A stretch of 54,252 nt of DNA from a virus (taxonomy: Duplodnaviria; Caudoviricetes), in the IMG/VR virus record IMGVR_UViG_3300021373_002055, positions 1-54,252 of that record. One strand, 5' to 3'. The position numbers and the translations under genes were made by a program. Positions within the stretch are counted from its first letter, which is position 1; every line of letters begins with the position of its first letter. The notes beneath the pieces were generated by a model. The model made no database searches. It was not told the DNA's origin and saw only the letters and a program-made list of their open reading frames with translations. Positions 35,264-43,514 of the stretch are shown piece after piece.

Positions 35264-35712
35264 ACTTGTTCATCAAATTTATAGTTATCTGGCTTAATTT
35301 CCATCATGTTGCATTTAGTAACCTGATGAACTCGATACCAACCAGCATCTACACTGAATGTGTCTGTGTCTTTTAATTTTTGTAATGCTTCGTCTTGAAT
35401 ACGATATATAACATGGCAACGATTAAATACATCTGGTGGTAAATTTCCTAATACAGATTCATTAGCTTCTATAGTAATTACACTATTTGTAGAGTCTAAT
35501 ATTGCCCTAATAGGATCATATAAATTTTGTTTATTTTGCCATTTATCAGAATTCATAGCAGCCTCCATATATTCTATAGTAAAATAATAATGAGGATAAT
35601 CACATAAATTTTCTACATTAATACCATCTCCTAAGTTGCGAACAAAGTATGTCATCATGTCTGAGTAACGACCTTCTACTTCTCTACCACGCCATTGATC
35701 TTTTCCGTACAT
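35260..35712 (-). CDS. hypothetical protein heading the DNA-modification operon
   Basis: 150 aa; GREVEGRY...TYFV N-terminus; ATGA-coupled to the T-fold gene. Confidence 0.7.
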   Translation of the reverse strand: MYGKDQWRGREVEGRYSDMMTYFVRNLGDGINVENLCDYPHYYFTIEYMEAAMNSDKWQNKQNLYDPIRAILDSTNSVITIEANESVLGNLPPDVFNRCHVIYRIQDEALQKLKDTDTFSVDAGWYRVHQVTKCNMMEIKPDNYKFDEQV

Positions 35713-35727
35713 ATAACTTTTTTATTT

Positions 35728-35756
35728 ATTATAGTAAATTTATTCTTATTTTCCAA
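35728..35756 (-). promoter_or_regulatory. class A promoter candidate TTGGAA-N17-TATAAT
   Basis: 17-nt spacing upstream of 35712. Confidence 0.65.
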
Positions 35757-38256
35757 AAGAAAAGAATTTATTCACTGTATTATTTTCTGGTAATTTACCC
35801 CAATTCATTGCAGCATAGAAATCATCTATTTTACCCTGCAGGTCTCGTTCGAACATCTTATCTCGATCAATATACATATTAACAAATTCAACTAATTCAG
35901 GTGGATCTTCGTATCCTCGAAGTGCCATAGTATCAAATCCATATGGATTATTTTTAAGATATCCCCATTTAACCTTTTCACCATTTTTAATTTCAGTAAC
36001 ATCAGTTTTTAATTGTGTTAACATATCATTAAAATTTATTGCAGATTTAACATGGGCAGGAGTTCCTGACATATATCCAGTAAATGGCTTACGTGCTTTT
36101 GTATATTTAGAAACCTCTTTGACACCAGAATTTTTCATTACGTCTAATACATTGGATTTTTGTATAGATTGTTTAAAGTCAAATATAACATCGGAAGTAT
36201 CTGTTTTGCTTTTTTCTTTCAACACACACCACAAAGTTTCTTTCATTATCTTTTTGAAATCTGTTGGGAAACTACTCCTAACTACATCTAAACCTTTGAT
36301 ATCCATTTTATCCGTAGGTTTGCCTTCTTTGAATATGACCCATTGAGCATATCTCTTTTTTGCTATCCAAAGACCAGATTTAGCAACATATTCCTGTTTA
36401 ATCTGAAATTGATGCTCTGTTGTATTGTGAAAATGCACAGCATACTGATCATACATGGTATTAACATACTTTTGTATTTCGGATGCTACTTCGTTTGTCT
36501 TTTCAATCATGAATTGTTCATCAGTTTCATCATATCCAGGATAACGCTTTTCTATGAGTGGTAATGAACTAACAAATGTAGAATCTGTGTCTGTATAAAA
36601 ACTAAATTCTGCTTTATTACCATTTGCATTGATAAAATGATCTTTACCAGTTTCTTTAGCATAATATGCATTGATTGCTTTTGCAGAAAATTTAATTACA
36701 CTTTGACCTGTTGCTGTAATAGCACCTGCATTGTCTAAGTCATGGAATCGGAAAGTCTTAAGTCCCAATACTCCATAAAATGAATTCAACAACACTTTTT
36801 GTGTTAATTGCAATGCATCATAAAATTTATATTCTTCAGAGCCAACTTCATACTCATCTCGCTTGTTTTTATATTCAACACGCTCAATAAACCATTTTTT
36901 AAGAATAGCTGGAAGAAACCCAATCCTAGATGTATCATATACCGCTCCATTACTAGCAACTGTATATTTGTTATCTTGTAGCCATTGTTTAACGTCTGGT
37001 ATAGTTTGATTGTTAATCGTAACAGATACAGCATCAGATTGTAACAAGTATTCTTGATTCCAATTTTTAATAACTCCAATTTTAGTCTCTGGAGATATAT
37101 TCAAACTCATAATAATACTAGGATACAGAGAAGTTAAATCTAAATCGTATATCCATTTATATAGCCCTGGAATTGGAGGCATTACATATGCTCCTGCTAA
37201 TGCATCTTGCCGTTCTTCTTCAATAAATCGAAATTGTTTGTTAGGAGCAACATATCCGTTACGCTTCAAGTCTACAATAGCAGCACCATCAAGATATTTA
37301 GATGCGTAATATACATCTTCATATGGAACATGTCCTTTATGGCATATAGTTCTTGCAAGATTGATGAGTTGTAGTTTTTCGTCTAATTCATATACCAAAT
37401 CAACATCTGTCATATTATAATAAGCAAACTTGTGAATGTCTTGTTCAAACAAATCATCTAAATCGCCATCATATTCAACTTTACCCTTATTGAGTTCAGT
37501 TTTACCAACAGTGTCTAATCTGTAATTAGGAAGTTCTGTGTATGTGAAGTTTTTATATAATTTAATATAATCTAAACTAGATACACCAAATATCTTCCAT
37601 TTTTTACTTTTAGGATTTTGTGTAACAATTCCTGCAGGCGAAAATTTCTTGATAGACTGATTGCCTAATACTTTTTTACATCTGCCTAATAAATATGGAA
37701 TATCATAACCGTCAGTATTCCAACCAGTTATAACAGTAGGCTGTATTTCTGCAAATGCGTTTATGAATCTAGTAAGTAAGTCTTTTTCACTGCGAAATAT
37801 TTCCAAAGTATATCCGTCACCTTGTATAACACTATCTTTGATGCGTTTACGTTCATCTAATATGAGTACTCTGCGGTCATTACCACTTTTATCATAATAT
37901 GCTATGGATGTTATAGCCGTTCTTACATCCTCAATAGTACTATATCCATTCTCATCTTTTGCCGTTTCAATATCAAAGAAAAAGTCTCTATGTCCTTTAG
38001 AAACAGTGTCATCTTCATAGTATAAATCTATTAGAGTGCGAACTTCTTCATTTAAATCAGATTCATATGCATCTGGGTTATCTCGATGATTGCCGGGGAC
38101 TTTAGCCAATTGTACACCATCCAATGTTTTGTATTTACCAGTGTCGGAAGGCAAATATCCATATGGTTGAAATGGAAACTTTTGATGACCTAATTCATCA
38201 TCCCATACGTGCATTATGCCTCCGCGCTTGTCATAACCTATTGCTTGATATGCCAA
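35746..38256 (-). CDS. family B DNA polymerase
   Basis: exonuclease FDIET, GWN...YDIPY, YNMTD; polymerase DLTSLYPS, KVLLNSFYG, YTDTDS, KKRY. Confidence 0.96.
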   Translation of the reverse strand: MAYQAIGYDKRGGIMHVWDDELGHQKFPFQPYGYLPSDTGKYKTLDGVQLAKVPGNHRDNPDAYESDLNEEVRTLIDLYYEDDTVSKGHRDFFFDIETAKDENGYSTIEDVRTAITSIAYYDKSGNDRRVLILDERKRIKDSVIQGDGYTLEIFRSEKDLLTRFINAFAEIQPTVITGWNTDGYDIPYLLGRCKKVLGNQSIKKFSPAGIVTQNPKSKKWKIFGVSSLDYIKLYKNFTYTELPNYRLDTVGKTELNKGKVEYDGDLDDLFEQDIHKFAYYNMTDVDLVYELDEKLQLINLARTICHKGHVPYEDVYYASKYLDGAAIVDLKRNGYVAPNKQFRFIEEERQDALAGAYVMPPIPGLYKWIYDLDLTSLYPSIIMSLNISPETKIGVIKNWNQEYLLQSDAVSVTINNQTIPDVKQWLQDNKYTVASNGAVYDTSRIGFLPAILKKWFIERVEYKNKRDEYEVGSEEYKFYDALQLTQKVLLNSFYGVLGLKTFRFHDLDNAGAITATGQSVIKFSAKAINAYYAKETGKDHFINANGNKAEFSFYTDTDSTFVSSLPLIEKRYPGYDETDEQFMIEKTNEVASEIQKYVNTMYDQYAVHFHNTTEHQFQIKQEYVAKSGLWIAKKRYAQWVIFKEGKPTDKMDIKGLDVVRSSFPTDFKKIMKETLWCVLKEKSKTDTSDVIFDFKQSIQKSNVLDVMKNSGVKEVSKYTKARKPFTGYMSGTPAHVKSAINFNDMLTQLKTDVTEIKNGEKVKWGYLKNNPYGFDTMALRGYEDPPELVEFVNMYIDRDKMFERDLQGKIDDFYAAMNWGKLPENNTVNKFFSFGK

Positions 38257-38486
38257 AGTCTTTCCTTTTTAGTTTTGCATATGTTCCATATGCCGTAAAT
38301 ATTAATTGATATAATAACTAAACTCAACACCATATGGCTGATATTAGTTATTAACAAATCATACGTAACCCAACCAATATCTCCAAGTATCCAAGAAAAC
38401 ATTGCTAGTTTAGTATAGTGCCGGGCATTAAAAATATACCCCGCTAAAACTAATATGGTGCTAATCCATCCTAGAGTCTCAATCAT
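38238..38486 (-). CDS. small 3-TM membrane protein (half-size PnuC-like pattern)
   Basis: LGWISTILVLAG...SWILGDIGW...INIYGIWN. Confidence 0.55.
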   Translation of the reverse strand: MIETLGWISTILVLAGYIFNARHYTKLAMFSWILGDIGWVTYDLLITNISHMVLSLVIISINIYGIWNICKTKKERLWHIKQ

Positions 38487-38772
38487 TGACTACTGCAATT
38501 TCCGATTCTCTTACTAATACATATTGAGTGTCGTCTAATACAATCTCTTTGTTCTCGCCTAAATTAGACTTATAAACATATACCGAGTTTCCAACTTTGA
38601 CTGTCATTGGAATACGAGCTCCTGTCTGAGTAAATAACCCATCTCCAGTTGCTACTACTTCTCCTAACACAAATGCCATGTCTCGATCTACGAGTATAAT
38701 TCCAGATTTTGTCTTTTCTGCAGTTTTTTCTACTTTTAGCAATACTTGATCGCCAATTGGTTTCCAATTCAT
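38479..38772 (-). CDS. groES: co-chaperonin GroES (Cpn10)
   Basis: KPIGDQVLL, KTKSGII, GEVVATGDG, VKVG, LVRESEI; likely start 38772. Confidence 0.9.
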   Translation of the reverse strand: MNWKPIGDQVLLKVEKTAEKTKSGIILVDRDMAFVLGEVVATGDGLFTQTGARIPMTVKVGNSVYVYKSNLGENKEIVLDDTQYVLVRESEIAVVND

Positions 38773-38864
38773 AACTTGTTCCTTTTCCATTGTATGTTTT
38801 TATATTTATAAATGTATTTTATTTTTAAATTTTCGTATGTTGTTGTGCTATACCAATACATCAT
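38769..38864 (-). CDS. 31-aa microprotein (missing from ORF track)
   Basis: MMYWYSTTTYENLKIKYIYKYKNIQWKRNKL; ATGA overlaps at both ends. Confidence 0.5.
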   Translation of the reverse strand: MMYWYSTTTYENLKIKYIYKYKNIQWKRNKL

Positions 38865-39097
38865 AACCTTTTTATATTGTCAATAGTTACACTGTTTCCT
38901 ACTATTCTTGATACTTCTTGTCCTTGTGCATCGATTCGCATAAAACAAGGAATATTTCTAACATTGTAATGGTTAGCCGTTGCCATATCTTGATCAATAT
39001 TAATTGTTCGAAATGGAACGGTTAACTGATTCAATTTAGGCTTTAATAATTTACATGGTCCGCACCATGGTGCTGTAAAATATAGTAATTGACTCAT
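38861..39097 (-). CDS. thioredoxin
   Basis: FTAPWCGPC, VRNIPCF. Confidence 0.9.
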   Translation of the reverse strand: MSQLLYFTAPWCGPCKLLKPKLNQLTVPFRTINIDQDMATANHYNVRNIPCFMRIDAQGQEVSRIVGNSVTIDNIKRL

Positions 39098-39867
39098 TAT
39101 ACTCCTCTTTCTGTATCATATGCAATGATGTGGTCTCTACCTGTCATATTATAACCATGTTCAGCAACCATTTCAAATACGAGTGGATACATTTTAATTA
39201 ATTCTTCTCTTGTGTCTCCAGCTGGCATAACATATGTTTTATGTTTTGGTATATTATGCAATACACGGAAGTCTTCAATTTCTTTTAAAGTTTCTTCGGT
39301 ACCATCCCATACTGGTTTATAATGATAGTCATGATGATATTTCAATGTCTTGCTAATAGCTTCATGATTCAATCTCAATCTGTTATGTGTCTTGATCATT
39401 TTTTCATCAACTATTTTACCGGCAGGAGTCTTAGTTCCGACAACCGGCACACTATTGCTAAACTTAGGTGAAAGTGACACTAAATCAAATGGCATTGGTG
39501 TTTCTATAAAATGACTACCTTCTGTTTCTACAGTTGTCATAATACCACGTTTAGATGCAAACAATGTTAATTCATTCATTAAAGCAGGATGCATTGTGGG
39601 AGAACCTCCCGTTATCATCATCTCTTTAACTTGTGGATTAGCATCATATATGTCTACAATGTCTTGAAAGCAAAATGTGCCTTTTTCTGGATGTATACTA
39701 GTATACCATGAATCACACCAACCACCTTCGCCAAAATAACATCGATGAGTACATCCGGTTGTTCTTATTGCTATAGTGGGCATTCCGAATCTACTGCCTT
39801 CACTTTGCACACATCTGTATACTTCTAATACAGGTAATCTTTTTTTATAATCTTCTATTCGTTTCAT
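39097..39867 (-). CDS. queE: 7-carboxy-7-deazaguanine synthase (radical SAM)
   Basis: VQSEG, IRTTGCTHRCYFGEGGWCDSWY, ITGGSP, VETEG, SLSPK; likely start 39867. Confidence 0.9.
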   Translation of the reverse strand: MKRIEDYKKRLPVLEVYRCVQSEGSRFGMPTIAIRTTGCTHRCYFGEGGWCDSWYTSIHPEKGTFCFQDIVDIYDANPQVKEMMITGGSPTMHPALMNELTLFASKRGIMTTVETEGSHFIETPMPFDLVSLSPKFSNSVPVVGTKTPAGKIVDEKMIKTHNRLRLNHEAISKTLKYHHDYHYKPVWDGTEETLKEIEDFRVLHNIPKHKTYVMPAGDTREELIKMYPLVFEMVAEHGYNMTGRDHIIAYDTERGV

Positions 39868-39868
39868 A

Positions 39869-40207
39869 CTAGAATGGGAGGTCATCGGCAGGGCCGACAT
39901 TACTATTGGTAACATTTATTAATTCATTTAATTTATTTTCTAATCGAGTAACTTTATCATGTAACATATCAAACTGATCTTTACGTACTAATATCTGTTC
40001 AGGTCGTTTATATATACTGTCTAAAAAGTCTATAGGCCATGTTGCAACTGATTTATACTTATCATTTTGCAATTCTTCTGGTAACATCTTGGTTCCTGAC
40101 TTGATGCCTCGACTTGCTGCTAACTCAGCAACTCGTATGCCGTCATCAGAGTTAGCAGTAGACCGACCTAAATAGTCATATAAAGATACATATACAGTTT
40201 TACTCAT
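39869..40207 (-). CDS. hypothetical protein between queD and queE
   Basis: VSLYDYLGR N-terminus, coiled coil, ends DDLPF. Confidence 0.65.
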   Translation of the reverse strand: MSKTVYVSLYDYLGRSTANSDDGIRVAELAASRGIKSGTKMLPEELQNDKYKSVATWPIDFLDSIYKRPEQILVRKDQFDMLHDKVTRLENKLNELINVTNSNVGPADDLPF

Positions 40208-40661
40208 AACTTGCTGAATTTTTAGCGTGTTCGTATACTTCAACTTTACTAGCTCTTACACGACCGTCTGTTTCTTTAAGTAAGAATCCATTGATAACCT
40301 TATATAAAAACTCTGCAAACTTTTCGCACCCAGTATCATCAATAACTCTGAGTTGAATAATACCTTGTGCATCCATCATTCTGAATGAATCTAGCTCTGG
40401 GTCGTCGTTTGCTATGATTACTGTGTGATCTAATAACCAATCAAAATAATCTTTCGGAGCATATCCATTTATTTCGTGTTTAGAACGTTTCATACCACCA
40501 AAGTCAAATACCCAGTTGCGATGATCCAATTCTCCTTCAAACCATACTCGAAATGATAGTGCATATCCATGTAAATAACTACAATGCGTTTCAGTTGCTT
40601 TCCATTGTCGGAAACAAGTTGAGTATCCGTCAAATAATTTAGTTGATGTAAATTTAGCCAT
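40200..40661 (-). CDS. queD: 6-carboxy-5,6,7,8-tetrahydropterin synthase
   Basis: HCSYLHGY, WVFDFG, LDHT, GCEKFA, VEVYEH. Confidence 0.9.
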   Translation of the reverse strand: MAKFTSTKLFDGYSTCFRQWKATETHCSYLHGYALSFRVWFEGELDHRNWVFDFGGMKRSKHEINGYAPKDYFDWLLDHTVIIANDDPELDSFRMMDAQGIIQLRVIDDTGCEKFAEFLYKVINGFLLKETDGRVRASKVEVYEHAKNSASYE

Positions 40662-41319
40662 TATATCCTTTTACAAATTCATAATATTCATTTCTAGTTG
40701 CTGGGTCGTCTTTGAATGCACCTGTCAGTTTGCTTGTCTTCATTGATGCACCTCCGTGCTTAACACCTCTACATGATACACAATTATGGGTAGCATCAAT
40801 CATAACAGCAACACCTTTATTGTCATTGATAATAGTATCAATTGAATTGTGTATAGCAACAGTTAGTTGTTCTTGAATAGCACCACGTCTTGCAAAATGC
40901 TCTACTAATCTATTCAATTTACTCAAACCAATTACTTTGCTATCGTTACCTGGAATATATGCTACATGCACTTTACCCATAATGGTTTGATGATGATGTG
41001 AACACATTGATGTTAATGGAATACCTCCTTCGAATACCATACCGTCATATCCATCACTAGGAAATGCAGTAATATTAGGAGCACCATTATATCTACCTGC
41101 CCATAAATCGTTTACATATGCTTTTGCAACACGATGTGGTGTATTGTCTGAGTTTGGATCATTTCTCCAATCACATTTAAGTGCATCTAAAAACAAACCA
41201 AATGCATTTGCTGCAGCATTAATCATTGTAGCTTTCTGATTTTCAGTGAGAGGCTCATTCTGAGCCACACCATTAGCAAAGCCTTCTTTAACTAGTTCTA
41301 TACTTTTCTTTATTGTCAT
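40654..41319 (-). CDS. folE: GTP cyclohydrolase I
   Basis: TPHRVAK, SMCSHH, GLSKLNR, IQEQLT, HNCVSCRGV. Confidence 0.95.
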   Translation of the reverse strand: MTIKKSIELVKEGFANGVAQNEPLTENQKATMINAAANAFGLFLDALKCDWRNDPNSDNTPHRVAKAYVNDLWAGRYNGAPNITAFPSDGYDGMVFEGGIPLTSMCSHHHQTIMGKVHVAYIPGNDSKVIGLSKLNRLVEHFARRGAIQEQLTVAIHNSIDTIINDNKGVAVMIDATHNCVSCRGVKHGGASMKTSKLTGAFKDDPATRNEYYEFVKGYNG

Positions 41320-41338
41320 AACTTCCTTTATTACTTAT

Positions 41339-41367
41339 AATATAATATATTTTATTGGGCTTTCAAA
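41339..41367 (-). promoter_or_regulatory. class A promoter candidate TTTGAA-N17-TATATT
   Basis: 17-nt spacing upstream of folE. Confidence 0.6.
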
Positions 41368-41567
41368 GTTTTTTCACCTTTTTTATTTTTTGGATAATAT
41401 GGACAATGTCGACAACCATTACCGCAACAATAACCTCGCCTGGTATGATATGATTCTGTCATGACACGATATCCATTTTCATAGTAAAAATCTGTAGAAA
41501 GGAGCTTGTTTCCAAACTCCCTTACATATGCTTGTTGTATCCAATCTTTATCCGCCGGAATCATCAT
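41352..41567 (-). CDS. small Cys-rich protein (DUF5522-like)
   Basis: YHTRRGYCCGNGCRHCPY. Confidence 0.75.
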   Translation of the reverse strand: MMIPADKDWIQQAYVREFGNKLLSTDFYYENGYRVMTESYHTRRGYCCGNGCRHCPYYPKNKKGEKTLKAQ

Positions 41568-43420
41568 TTTATCTCACAAGCTCCACCAGCACAAGCTAAT
41601 TCGCCTGATAAATCGGTGTTATCATCTAGTTCTACAATTTTAGATAAATCTATGTCTTTTAGTGCCAACATCATTTCATTGTACTTTGCCTCATCACAAT
41701 CTTCAAATGGTGCCTGAACATAAGTACCACCGTCATATGGAAGCACGGATAATCCATTATAATGTGCTTTATTTTCCCACATCCATTGTCCTGCTAAATC
41801 CCATTCATCTTCTTTTAAAGATACTGTAGCAGACACGTTATGAGTATTATTCCCGGTACGGTGTCCTGGTTTTACCCATTCTAAATGAACTTTCTTGATT
41901 CTGTCTAACAATTGGAATGGTGATTCAGTTCTCATTATTGCGCCTGTTGGTGCTTTTTGTGGAATACTAATAACTGCAGTGTCGTGAGGTCGGAAATATT
42001 CATCTTCAATTAGCTCTGGATGATTTGTAGACAAATAGGTGTATATTGCTTCATTTTTACCAACTCTGACTCTTCGAATATAATAGTCATTGTGCCATGC
42101 ATGAATACCGGAACTAGTACCTAATGCCAATGATGTTGTACCAGCTGGTTTAACAGTTGTGGTTCTTGCACTTGCATTGATTCCTAATATTTTAGCTACA
42201 CGCACATTTTCTTGTTTAACAATTTCTGCAGCTGCTGTCATATCATATCCTAATACTGTTCCACTTCCAATTCCTGTCATTGATACGCCTATTAAAGCAT
42301 CTTTTTCAGTGGTTCTTTGCCATACTGGTCTTAAATAATGAAATTCAGTGTAGCCGGCTTGAAGTGTACCTATAAATGCTGCAGCTTTTACTCTGTTTTC
42401 AAAATCTTCTTGAGATTCAATATCTGATGCATTTACTTCACAAAGATTACAGAATTGAAATGGTCGCAAAGCAATTTCACAACATGGATTTGTTCCCCAA
42501 TCTTTGTCATTTGTTAAATATATACCAGGTTCGCCTGCTCCTGACAATTCTACTCGCTTCCAAAGATCCATAAAAAACGATTTGGTTAATTTATGTCTCA
42601 TTAATGCTGCAGAGTTATTAGCACGTCCTCGTTGAGGATTTGTTTCCCACCAATTGCCTGATTTACATGCAATCATTTCTTCGTCATCAGCCGAAAATAA
42701 ACTAATAAGTGCCGCACGCCTAATACCGCCTGCCAATACGGCGTCTGCAATATGACAAACCATGTCATGTACTTCAATTGGTGACAAAAATTCACCATTA
42801 TGTTTAGCATCTAATATTCCTTGTACTTTGATTAAACATTCTTTTAATGGTTGTGGTCCTGGAGCTTTACCACCCGATGTTACTAATCTTGCTCCCTTAG
42901 GTCTAATATCTGAAAAATCAAATTTTAATTTTGATGTTCCTTGAAAATAGCTTTTAACAAGTGCTTTAACTGCATCTGCCCAACCTTCAATTGAATCTGC
43001 TATAAGAAAACGACGTGTTCTATCAAAATTTGGTTTACGTATTTCTGGTAATTTTTCTACATGGTGTTTTTGCACAGAATAACCAACGCCAGTACCACCT
43101 AATAACAAAAACATAGTTTCACCGAAAGCTCTGTAATCGTCAATTGGAAGATACGCACAATTATAAATTCGATTAGGAGAGATTTCTATGGGTTTACCAC
43201 CAAATTGTAATGATCGCATCGATGGTAATACTTTTTTTGCATATACATATTCATATGCTTCCATTATTTCTTTGCGTAGTTTAGGATATTGTTCTATGTG
43301 CATATCTCGGTTACGGTCTACTAATTCGTCCCATGTCTCGCGCCGTTCGAGTTCTGGGATATACTTGGCATACTTCATGTATACTGTAATGTCACTCAAA
43401 ATTTTGTTTGAAATCTCCAT
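41564..43420 (-). CDS. nrdJ: class II (adenosylcobalamin-dependent) ribonucleotide reductase, monomeric type
   Basis: LPSMR, YNCA, RRAA, TNPCCEI, CNL, KPAGT, C-terminal CAGGACE; no R2 gene in window. Confidence 0.9.
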   Translation of the reverse strand: MEISNKILSDITVYMKYAKYIPELERRETWDELVDRNRDMHIEQYPKLRKEIMEAYEYVYAKKVLPSMRSLQFGGKPIEISPNRIYNCAYLPIDDYRAFGETMFLLLGGTGVGYSVQKHHVEKLPEIRKPNFDRTRRFLIADSIEGWADAVKALVKSYFQGTSKLKFDFSDIRPKGARLVTSGGKAPGPQPLKECLIKVQGILDAKHNGEFLSPIEVHDMVCHIADAVLAGGIRRAALISLFSADDEEMIACKSGNWWETNPQRGRANNSAALMRHKLTKSFFMDLWKRVELSGAGEPGIYLTNDKDWGTNPCCEIALRPFQFCNLCEVNASDIESQEDFENRVKAAAFIGTLQAGYTEFHYLRPVWQRTTEKDALIGVSMTGIGSGTVLGYDMTAAAEIVKQENVRVAKILGINASARTTTVKPAGTTSLALGTSSGIHAWHNDYYIRRVRVGKNEAIYTYLSTNHPELIEDEYFRPHDTAVISIPQKAPTGAIMRTESPFQLLDRIKKVHLEWVKPGHRTGNNTHNVSATVSLKEDEWDLAGQWMWENKAHYNGLSVLPYDGGTYVQAPFEDCDEAKYNEMMLALKDIDLSKIVELDDNTDLSGELACAGGACEIK

Positions 43421-43466
43421 TGTTTGTAATCTCCTTGTTTTTTATTAAACGATTTGTTATTAGATG

Positions 43467-43491
43467 AAAAAAGCCCAACATTATGTCGGGC
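43467..43491 (-). terminator. intrinsic terminator-like hairpin
   Basis: minus strand GCCCGACA-TAA-TGTTGGGC then T6; one G-U pair that works only on this strand. Confidence 0.7.
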
Positions 43492-43502
43492 GAATTGCTT
43501 AT

Positions 43503-43510
43503 ATAAATAT
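43503..43510 (-). promoter_or_regulatory. class B motif ATATTTAT
   Basis: between helicase stop and nrdJ. Confidence 0.45.
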
Positions 43511-43514
43511 GACA

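Noticed and set aside
30408-38256. Archaeal or giant-virus origin suggested by RFC-like loader and family B polymerase
   Set aside because: Peptidoglycan hydrolases, ClpS, GroES, T9SS domain and gp32/gp41/gp62-like genes indicate a bacteriophage
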